64,000 nt of DNA from a virus. Taxonomy: Duplodnaviria; Caudoviricetes. This document shows, piece by piece, positions 19,214-26,268 of the stretch. Positions within the stretch are counted from its first letter, which is position 1; each line of letters begins with the position of its first letter. The stretch covers positions 20,210 to 84,209 of the IMG/VR virus record IMGVR_UViG_3300023194_000002; one strand, 5' to 3'. The translations under genes and the position numbers were made by a program. The notes beneath the pieces are model-generated. The model was not told the origin of the DNA. It saw only the letters and a program-made list of their open reading frames with translations, and searched no databases.

Positions 19214-20329
19214 CTACCGCCCGATGAGCACGCGGCGACGACGGGTCACGGGGTCCACCGTGCTCACCACGCCCGCGGCTTCCAGGCGAGCCACCAGGGG
19301 GTAGACACGGTCCCCCAGCATGAGCTTGCGCTCCAGCCAGGAGGGCGTGAACGCGTGCATCCCCTGGAGCAGCAGGATCGCCTTCGCGTACAGGGCATCA
19401 TCAGCCGCGGTGTAGGTGGGCGTCGACGGCGGAGACATCAGCAGGGGTAACTGCTGTGGGGTTGCCTGGTCAGCGGACGAGGCGAGCGCGGCTGGGGGAG
19501 TGGTTGCTACGGGGACCAGGGCAGGCACCGGTGCAGGGGCAGCCACCCTCTTCATCAGGGCATCCAGTTCATCGACCGACGCGATGCACCACTCGCGTGC
19601 ACCCTGTAGGGCAGCGATGCCAGTCGAGGTGGCCAGTAGGCGATGGCGGATGCGCTGGATGGACTCCACGTCCGGAGCAGGTGCGGGTGGGGTTGGTGGT
19701 GCAGGGGGTGCCGGTGCTCTGACCAGCACGCGGGAGAACGTGCCTCTGGGCGCCAACTCGACGATGCCGTCGCTGATGAGGCGGCGGAAGATGCGCTGTC
19801 CTCGGCCCGACCCAACGTGGAAGGTGCGCTTCAGCCACTCGCACGAGACCGTCTCTCGCGTCTTCACCACGGCCACGACCTGCTCGTAGAGGGGGTCGGA
19901 GGCGGGCGGAGTCGAAGCCCTGAGCGCCGGGGGAGTGGTGGGCTGGATGGCAGTGTTTGCGGACTGGGCGCGCAGGGCGCGCTTGATCACGTCTCGTGCC
20001 CAAGCGCGGAACGCATGCGCTTCCGGCGACTTCACGCGCCACATCACGTCGATCACGACGTCCGATGCGTAGTGCTTCGTGCGGTAGGCTTTGCCGTCCG
20101 CGGCAGTGCACAAGTATTCCTTGTGAACTGAATCCCAAGCACTTCCATACAGTTCTGAGATCGACCTCAGATGCAGAGCGATGTTCTGCTGTGTCGTACC
20201 GCTCATCTGGGCCATTTGGGCCTGGGTTGGCCAGAGCTCATCTGCCTCCCAGCGCACTGCCACCACGGCGCCGGTCTGCATGCTGTACTCGTACGTCACG
20301 ACTTCCGTGGTACCAATCGTCTCACTCAT
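19214..20329 (-). CDS. RhuM-like DNA-binding domain fused to two FtsK-gamma-like domains
   Basis: LWPTQAQMAQM...QNIALHL...TAADGKAYRTKHYASDVVIDVMWRVKS (RhuM); DPLYEQVVAVV...GIV and DALYAKAI...GVV. Confidence 0.8.
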   Translation of the reverse strand: MSETIGTTEVVTYEYSMQTGAVVAVRWEADELWPTQAQMAQMSGTTQQNIALHLRSISELYGSAWDSVHKEYLCTAADGKAYRTKHYASDVVIDVMWRVKSPEAHAFRAWARDVIKRALRAQSANTAIQPTTPPALRASTPPASDPLYEQVVAVVKTRETVSCEWLKRTFHVGSGRGQRIFRRLISDGIVELAPRGTFSRVLVRAPAPPAPPTPPAPAPDVESIQRIRHRLLATSTGIAALQGAREWCIASVDELDALMKRVAAPAPVPALVPVATTPPAALASSADQATPQQLPLLMSPPSTPTYTAADDALYAKAILLLQGMHAFTPSWLERKLMLGDRVYPLVARLEAAGVVSTVDPVTRRRRVLIGR

Positions 20330-20396
20330 AGGAGTTTCCTTCCTCGTGGGTCACGACCCGGGCGATGGCCGTCGCGCCGGGTCATTTCATACGAGC

Positions 20397-20456
20397 ACTT
20401 TTTCATACGTAAAAGTTACGCGCAATGAGGCGCGTGATTTTTACGTATGAAAAAGT
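20397..20456. promoter_or_regulatory. Perfect 18-bp inverted repeat (operator) in a divergent promoter region
   Basis: ACTTTTTCATACGTAAAA-N24-TTTTACGTATGAAAAAGT; extra TTTCATACG at 20385. Confidence 0.7.
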
Positions 20457-20499
20457 TACGCTGTTCGCTGTGGCTGCGAAGAAAAAGCCGACAAAGCGC

Positions 20500-20682
20500 A
20501 TGGGAAGGCCCGCCGTTCCAGACGATCAGCGTCTGACGGTGCAGATTGGCCTGAACATGACCCAATCCGACTGGGAACTGCTTGAGTCAACGGCTGAAGA
20601 GCGAGGCGTCCGTCCGGCTGAGCTACTGAGGCAGCTGATACGCGGGCTCACGAAGCAGAAGGCGGGCAGTCCCACCCGCTGA
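20500..20682 (+). CDS. Small RHH-like regulator
   Basis: MGRPAVP...VQIGLNMTQSDWELLESTAEERGVRPAELLRQLI; start may be GTG 20470. Confidence 0.65.
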   Translation: MGRPAVPDDQRLTVQIGLNMTQSDWELLESTAEERGVRPAELLRQLIRGLTKQKAGSPTR

Positions 20683-20793
20683 AAAATTCAGCCCGACGTC
20701 GAATTGATTGGCGCGGCTAGCAATAATTCCCTGATGGTCGCCCGGGTATTTTTACGCTCGTCGTGGAAACGGAACCGACGAACGAGGGAACCT

Positions 20794-20979
20794 ATGGCTT
20801 TGGTGAAATGCGGCGAATGCAAGGGGCAGATCAGCACAAACGCTAAAGCGTGTCCGCACTGCGGTTCGCGGCTCAGCCCAATCACGTCGAGCATGAACCG
20901 GTTGGGCTGGGACATGATGAAGCTCGCGGTTCTTCTGGTGCTGGGGTTTTTCGCGCTGATCGTGTTTGGTAAACGCTGA
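20794..20979 (+). CDS. Zinc-ribbon + TM small protein
   Basis: MALVKCGECKGQISTNAKACPHCG; GAGGGA RBS. Confidence 0.7.
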   Translation: MALVKCGECKGQISTNAKACPHCGSRLSPITSSMNRLGWDMMKLAVLLVLGFFALIVFGKR

Positions 20980-21124
20980 CCAGCGGTAGCCGTGCTGGCG
21001 CGGGGGAGAGGTCCTTCGCAGCACGCAACTATGCGTATTAGCCCGCCGCCGAGCGTGGCGTCACGCCGGCGGAAGTGATCCGCCAGTGTGTACGCGCACA
21101 GCTATCGCGCAGCTTCTAGCTCAC

Positions 21125-21388
21125 TCACCATTCATCCCGATCTTTTGGGCGCGTTATGAGCCCGTGCTCGAGCATGTGCTCGAACCACTCCTTGAAAGCG
21201 CGATGCGTATCCGCAAGCCTTTGAATCCCGGCGTTTAACTCAACCAGCTGCTCGATCAGAGCGACCTTCCAGTCCGCATCCAAACGCCTCTCGTATTCTG
21301 CGGCCTTGCTGGCGTCGCTTATCGCTTCCTGAACGTCAGCGAGCGTTTCCCGCAGACTTTCGAGTGGAATCTTCTCTTCATCCGACAT
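21125..21388 (-). CDS. Hypothetical coiled-coil protein
   Basis: 87 aa ORF from MSDEEK. Confidence 0.45.
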   Translation of the reverse strand: MSDEEKIPLESLRETLADVQEAISDASKAAEYERRLDADWKVALIEQLVELNAGIQRLADTHRAFKEWFEHMLEHGLITRPKDRDEW

Positions 21389-21487
21389 CCCGCCATGGTC
21401 ACGGATCAAGCGTGATCCGATCCATCGGTGGTTAGCTCGCATTTTCGCCGCCATATGAGGCCGCGGCACTAGGGAAGAGGTGGCAGG

Positions 21488-21522
21488 TTGCGAGCTACTA
21501 GCCACCTAGTACACTGCCGGGT
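21488..21522 (+). promoter_or_regulatory. sigma70-like promoter and operator of parDE (leaderless)
   Basis: TTGCGA-N16-TACACT with ATG 7 nt downstream; ACTAG-N4-CTAGT inverted repeat in the spacer. Confidence 0.5.
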
Positions 21523-21762
21523 ATGAGCCGCACCACCAGCTACACCCTGGGCCCCGACCTCGACACCTTCGTTCAGGAGCAGGTTGACAGCGGCGCATTC
21601 AAGTCGGCCAGCGAGGTTGTGCGCGCTGCTCTACGCGCCATGGCAGACGAGCAGCAGAAGGCCGCAGCGCTGCGCGCCGCGATCGACGAGGGCCTAGCCA
21701 GCCCGCTAGCAGAGCCAGGCACCTGGGCCAGGGTCCGGGCAGCTGCGCAGGCGAAGCGGTGA
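21523..21762 (+). CDS. parD: ParD-like antitoxin (RHH, CC2985-type)
   Basis: FVQEQVDSGAFKSASEVVRAALR...LRAAIDEGLAS. Confidence 0.9.
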   Translation: MSRTTSYTLGPDLDTFVQEQVDSGAFKSASEVVRAALRAMADEQQKAAALRAAIDEGLASPLAEPGTWARVRAAAQAKR

Positions 21763-22046
21763 ACGTCCGTTACACGCGTCGCGCAGAGGACGATCTCGTT
21801 GAGATCGGCGTCTACACGCTGATCGAGTGGGGGCCCGAGCAGCGCGACAAGTACCTCGATCTGCTCGAGGCAGCGTGTGAGCGCATCATTCCGCGCAACC
21901 TCAAGCACGCGCGTGACGTCCCTGGGTACGAGGGACTGCTGCGCTGGCGCTGCGAGCGACATGTGATCGTTTTCCGCCGCGTGTCAGACGGCATTGAAAT
22001 TGTGCGTGTGCTCCACGAGCGCATGCTGCCGTCCAAGCATCTATGA
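21759..22046 (+). CDS. parE: ParE toxin
   Basis: YTRRAEDDLVEIGVYTLIEWGPEQRDKYL...RHVIVFR...IEIVRVLHERM. Confidence 0.92.
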   Translation: MNVRYTRRAEDDLVEIGVYTLIEWGPEQRDKYLDLLEAACERIIPRNLKHARDVPGYEGLLRWRCERHVIVFRRVSDGIEIVRVLHERMLPSKHL

Positions 22047-22375
22047 GGAGACAGGCGCTCTATATGGTGGGAATGGACACTGAGAAGCCTTCAGTCTACG
22101 TCGTCGCGGCAATCGACTACGACGCGCGATGGACCATCGCCGTGTACACGACGTTAGCCGCGGCCGAGCAGCACCAGGCCGAGGCTGAACGGCTCGTGAG
22201 CGAGCTGGCCGAGCTCCGAGGTCGTGGCATTGACACGGTCGAAAGCCTGGAACTCCTACCCAGGGTCAAGAGCGTCCTGAATAGACCATGGGACCCGGGC
22301 ACGCCGTCCATCGAGATCGATGAGATGGAGTTGCGCGATGCGGTGCCGTGGTCGGAGCAACCAGCCGGCGAGTGA
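22043..22375 (+). CDS. Hypothetical protein
   Basis: Overlaps the parE stop; VYVVAAIDYD...AVYTT motif. Confidence 0.5.
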   Translation: MRRQALYMVGMDTEKPSVYVVAAIDYDARWTIAVYTTLAAAEQHQAEAERLVSELAELRGRGIDTVESLELLPRVKSVLNRPWDPGTPSIEIDEMELRDAVPWSEQPAGE

Positions 22376-22399
22376 GACCCGCATCTCTCCCCTCCTCCA

Positions 22400-22469
22400 C
22401 TCTCCTCTGCCGATTAAGTGTCTCTAGAGCCGTTCTGGTGGGGGTTGAAACACATTTCCGACGGAGGAG
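22400..22469. repeat. 70-bp imperfect palindrome, copy B
   Basis: Same length, same orientation and same terminal 15-mers as 19114-19183. Confidence 0.85.
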
Positions 22470-22527
22470 ACGTGGCGCTGAGCAGGGGGAGACGAAAAAA
22501 TATTGCTGGCGCGCGCCAGCTGTGAGA

Positions 22528-22631
22528 TTTATTCGTCTTGCTTGCGCGGCCCCATTGAGGCGTTTCGAACCGCTACCCGCATCCGCGCAAATTTGCAGTC
22601 ATCCGCAGTTCAGCTGCGGCCCCATTGAGAC
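22528..22631 (+). CRISPR. Mini CRISPR-like array: degenerate repeat - about 36-nt spacer - intact repeat, type I-G-like
   Basis: GCGGCCCCATTGAG repeated at 22546 and 22616 (70-nt period); repeat 2 GTCATCCGCAGTTCAGCTGCGGCCCCATTGAGAC has a perfect CCGCAG/CTGCGG stem; 22/34 identity between repeats; no cas genes in the window. Confidence 0.65.
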
Positions 22632-22644
22632 ACGCTAAATTGAC

Positions 22645-22674
22645 AAAGCCCGCTCAACTTTGAGCGGGCTTTTT
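22645..22674. terminator. Bidirectional intrinsic terminator
   Basis: AAAGCCCGCTCA-ACTT-TGAGCGGGCTTTTT between the mini-array and a convergent minus-strand operon. Confidence 0.9.
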
Positions 22675-22685
22675 GCGTTATGGGG

Positions 22686-23453
22686 TCACTGGGATCTCCC
22701 TCCGTACCACATCAGCGGAGGTGGTCTCGTCGGCCGGCGAGTGTCGACCCAGCGCCGCCCGATCAGATGCAGCGCTAGGTGGATGCGCCACTCGCCGCGG
22801 TGCTCCAGGGTCAGCGTGAGCGGCCTCTGCGCGTGCACCACCTCGACGCCCGCGAGCACCAGCCCGGCCCGATCAAGCGTCTCCGCGGTATAGCGCTCGA
22901 TGTACGCGCGCTCCGTCGGCGTGGTCTCGCGTGACTCGCCGGGTCTGATCTCAGCCAACGGCTCCGGGCCGAGTTCGACGGGCCACAGCACCATCAGCTC
23001 GATGCCGCCGACGCGATCGGCCTCCTTTGCCTGACGTCGTGAGAGCGTCAGGGGCTGCATAATCTGCGCCCGCACTGGTGCCCGCACAGCCGGCGGTGCG
23101 TCGTCATCCGCCGGCCAAAGCCTATCTGCGAGCGTACGAGCGGTCGCGAGATCTCCACCGCGCACCGCGTCCACCAGCTCCATCACGATGTGCTGGTGGC
23201 GCGCTGCGCTCTGCGCTGCTGACTCAGACTGCGTCGCCTGGCCGCACGCATGGCAGCGTCGCAGGCCTTCGCTACGCGGTCGACCACGTGGCTGACCGGT
23301 GATGCGCGCAGGTCGCAGTGCGGCGTAGACCGTGCTGCGTGGGTGGCCCTCATCGATGCGAGCGCGTATCCACGCAGCGCGGTCTGCGCGCGACATGTGA
23401 GCGACCCCGTCGCGTTTGGCGAGGTCGCGGAGTGATGTCGGTGGTGAGGTCAT
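22686..23453 (-). CDS. Hypothetical protein
   Basis: 255 aa ORF ending at the terminator; ATGA-coupled to the upstream ORF. Confidence 0.5.
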   Translation of the reverse strand: MTSPPTSLRDLAKRDGVAHMSRADRAAWIRARIDEGHPRSTVYAALRPARITGQPRGRPRSEGLRRCHACGQATQSESAAQSAARHQHIVMELVDAVRGGDLATARTLADRLWPADDDAPPAVRAPVRAQIMQPLTLSRRQAKEADRVGGIELMVLWPVELGPEPLAEIRPGESRETTPTERAYIERYTAETLDRAGLVLAGVEVVHAQRPLTLTLEHRGEWRIHLALHLIGRRWVDTRRPTRPPPLMWYGGRSQ

Positions 23454-23749
23454 GCGCGCTCACGCAGATCGACGGGACGGCACTCCGCGCGGTACATCCC
23501 GCGCGGATAGAGCCATCTCTCGGGCTCATCGGCTGGAATCGTGAGGTCCACGCTCTGAACTGCCAGGCCATCTGGCCCAGTGCACCGCAGAGCGGCCACG
23601 TTACGGATGAGATCGTCAGGCATCCAGACGATATCCACTATCGCCAGGCCGTACTTAGCGAGGTCGGCCTCGACACGCGCGCGATGCGAGCGTGCCCACG
23701 ACGCTGGAGCCTCCACACAGTATGTGAGAGTGCCGCGGAAATCAGGCAT
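23450..23749 (-). CDS. Hypothetical protein
   Basis: GAGAGG RBS upstream; operon coupling. Confidence 0.5.
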   Translation of the reverse strand: MPDFRGTLTYCVEAPASWARSHRARVEADLAKYGLAIVDIVWMPDDLIRNVAALRCTGPDGLAVQSVDLTIPADEPERWLYPRGMYRAECRPVDLRERA

Positions 23750-23843
23750 GATCGTAAACCTCTCTCAGCTGAACGCTAGCGACATGCTATCGGCAGCTGT
23801 GTGAGGGCGACCTAACAGGTAGACACTGTTAGGTCGCGTGCGC

Positions 23844-24272
23844 CTACCACCAGCGCGGGTCCTCGCCGCCTGAGATCCTCTCTGCATCCTCCCACGTGAA
23901 TGGCTTGTATCCTGGCAAAGTGCGTTCGTGGCGCACTTTGCATCCCTGGATCACGCACCGATCGGCGCGATTTTGCAGTGCCTCCCGTGCACGCTGCAGT
24001 TCCGTCGACGACATGTCAGACGCTGCGACACGAGGTCCTGGATACCGCCCACGTCTCGGGCCGAGGGCCTCCGCCACGCTGACAATGCCACGTTCGTCAA
24101 CCTTGCCCACGAACTGCCAGTCTCGTGGGCCTTCCTCAACGATTCTATCGCTGTAGCAGCGATAGAGCTCTTTCAGAGCCGGATCTACAAACCCCGCGTA
24201 GCAGGGCTGCCAGTCTGGCAAACGCGATAACCGCGCCAAGGTATGACTGTAGTCAGGCACATGCCCCTCCAT
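23844..24272 (-). CDS. Hypothetical protein
   Basis: 142 aa; RBS-like GGAGGG just upstream of the internal MPDY start. Confidence 0.5.
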   Translation of the reverse strand: MEGHVPDYSHTLARLSRLPDWQPCYAGFVDPALKELYRCYSDRIVEEGPRDWQFVGKVDERGIVSVAEALGPRRGRYPGPRVAASDMSSTELQRAREALQNRADRCVIQGCKVRHERTLPGYKPFTWEDAERISGGEDPRWW

Positions 24273-24330
24273 TTATGCGAGCCTGAATGCTCGGCTGAGG
24301 CATCTCCGCAGAGATGCCAGCGCCCAGCTG

Positions 24331-24798
24331 TCAGGTCTCGTGGTCGTCGCCCCAGTAGTCGTCGTCCCACGCGTCGTGATACGCGTTGTCCCAGTTTTCC
24401 GCGCCCTCCCATGAGAGAGCGCAGTGAACCGAGATGTGCTTATTGGTGTCGTCGGCTGTTAGGCCTTCTGCGGCCAATGCCACGGTCAGCGCCGACTCGG
24501 CGCTGTCGGCGATCAGCTGATAGGAGTGAACATCGAGCGCCGTGACGTTGCCAGCGCCGATGTTCAGTTCAAAACGCGACCTCACGGTCACGTCCCAGAG
24601 CCGAGGCTCTTGCGAGCCTTTGAGGCTGCCGCGCGCCTCAAAGACACGCGCGGCAAACTTCTGTAGCCGCACTTCTCGCGACTCCGAGGAGTCGCTGAAG
24701 TCAGCCAGCTGACGCGAATACTCCGCGTCAGCTGCCGCGACCGCGCGCGCTAGCGGGCCGGGAACGTATGCAATCGGCGCTGATGATGTGTAAGCCAT
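24331..24798 (-). CDS. Hypothetical protein
   Basis: 155 aa, TGATG coupling with the upstream gene. Confidence 0.55.
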   Translation of the reverse strand: MAYTSSAPIAYVPGPLARAVAAADAEYSRQLADFSDSSESREVRLQKFAARVFEARGSLKGSQEPRLWDVTVRSRFELNIGAGNVTALDVHSYQLIADSAESALTVALAAEGLTADDTNKHISVHCALSWEGAENWDNAYHDAWDDDYWGDDHET

Positions 24799-25928
24799 CA
24801 GACCGCCTCTTCGCCGGACTCGGCATCACCCAGCACGGGGTGACACATGAGGTGCACGAGCGCGTTCGGCGTGCTCGTGCGCAGCGCGTCGTACCAGGCT
24901 TCGATGACGCGCTCTGCGTCGACGCGATCGTCGAAGCGGTCGCCGACCTCCGGCGCACCGCCGTCGGGATCAATCCACAGCACGCAGTACGTGCCGTCTG
25001 CAGAAGCGCGACCTTTCGCCTCTTCGGTGAGGCGCGCCTCCATGGCCTCGGCGTCTTCGCCAGCCAGGGCTTCATCTTGCCCGCTGGCGTACTCCTCGCC
25101 AGCGGCGACTGCCACGTCGCGGTCGAGGAATACGTGTGTACCGTCGATGTCCCCATAGGAGCCATCGTCGGCCCAGTACACGCGGTAGATGGTGAGCCCA
25201 TCGACGTCGGCACTCTCGATGTAGACGTTGACGTCGCCGGGCTCGACGCCCTGCGCACCGTAGCAGCAGGATACGAAGCTCGCGATCGCCTTCTTATTCC
25301 GCCGATCCCAGTCGGCGCGATCGGCGAGCTCGTCAAGCTCCTCGGGCTCGACGTACTCGGCGTCGTGCTCCAGGTCGGCGTCTGCGCGGTCAAATCCCAC
25401 CGCGTGTTGATGCAGGTTGGCGAGCGTCTGCGCTCGCTCGCGTGCCGCGTCCTCGTCGCCGTGAAGGCGGTGGAGGTGAGGGGCGCGCTCTAGGTAGTGA
25501 CCATCCGCGTCAAAGAACGCCCAGTCGCACGGCGCGTCGTCGTCATCGCCGGATGAATCCTCCGGCTCCTCATCCGTGAGATCCGCGGGATCCGCGGGCG
25601 TGGTAACGCCGCTATCCCACGCGACCATCACAGTAGCATCGTCAACAAGCTCCGTGACACGACCCCACTCGGAGTCGTGTCCAGCCTCGACGAACACACG
25701 GTCGCCGACAACGAAACGATGCGTCACCATGCCAGCGACGCGACGACGGGCGACATCAGCATCGAGCGCGTCAACCTGCGCGCTCTCGACCGCGTCAAGC
25801 GCGAAGTCATCGCAGTTCTCATCGAGAGCACGGGCCGCAATCGCGGCGCCTAGGATGTCACCGGCCGATCCGGCGGCGGTGCGAAAGGACTCGATGGCGG
25901 CGTCGGAAATGGTAGCGTACTTGGACAT
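24798..25928 (-). CDS. Highly acidic hypothetical protein
   Basis: 376 aa, visibly D/E-rich; AGGAAGG RBS; first gene of a leftward operon beside attP. Confidence 0.7.
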   Translation of the reverse strand: MSKYATISDAAIESFRTAAGSAGDILGAAIAARALDENCDDFALDAVESAQVDALDADVARRRVAGMVTHRFVVGDRVFVEAGHDSEWGRVTELVDDATVMVAWDSGVTTPADPADLTDEEPEDSSGDDDDAPCDWAFFDADGHYLERAPHLHRLHGDEDAARERAQTLANLHQHAVGFDRADADLEHDAEYVEPEELDELADRADWDRRNKKAIASFVSCCYGAQGVEPGDVNVYIESADVDGLTIYRVYWADDGSYGDIDGTHVFLDRDVAVAAGEEYASGQDEALAGEDAEAMEARLTEEAKGRASADGTYCVLWIDPDGGAPEVGDRFDDRVDAERVIEAWYDALRTSTPNALVHLMCHPVLGDAESGEEAV

Positions 25929-26037
25929 GGGAGATTCCTTCCTGTGTCGGGGTCAGGGTGTTGGTAGCGCCGCTGGCCCGTTTTCTTGTCGGCGGCTTCA
26001 GCGCCGCGTCGATGAGAAGACTATGCATCAGGCCTTC

Positions 26038-26079
26038 GCGTTTGTCTACAGATTTTCAGAAAAATCTGTAGACAAACGC
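26038..26079. repeat. Perfect 19-bp inverted repeat with 4-nt loop
   Basis: GCGTTTGTCTACAGATTTT-CAGA-AAAATCTGTAGACAAACGC. Confidence 0.85.
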
Positions 26080-26225
26080 AAGTCATGCCGATTTCATTAA
26101 AGATTTAGCCACGCGACGAGCGCGCGCTCGGGCATGCGAGCCGTAGACACGGGACAACCCTCCGCGTGTCCACTCAGTGGCCAATCAGGCCGCTAACGCT
26201 TCAGAATCACTGGCGTTTCTTACGT

Positions 26226-26268
26226 CTGTTAATCGAATGGTCCTAGGTTCGAGTCCTAGTTCCGGAGC
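26226..26268 (+). other. attP core = 3' half of tRNA-Asn(GTT)
   Basis: CTGTTAA anticodon loop, TCGAA, TGGTC, T-arm CTAGG-TTCGAGT-CCTAG, acceptor TTCCGGA+G; no 5' half; adjacent to the integrase; GTRGACAC arm-type repeats at 26143, 26166 (inverted), 26313 and 26325. Confidence 0.85.

Noticed and set aside
22419-22451. Solitary CRISPR repeat ending GGGTTGAAAC
   Set aside because: The ending resembles type I-C repeats, but there is no internal repeat-type stem and the matching position in copy A reads TTTGGAGAC; better explained as the hairpin arm
19114-22469. Integron attC sites
   Set aside because: No RYYYAAC/GTTRRRY boxes at the ends, and the integrase shows no feature I could identify as IntI-specific; kept only as an unexplained repeat pair
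22562-22597. Self-targeting of the mini-array spacer within the phage
   Set aside because: No convincing match on either strand was found by eye; needs a computational search
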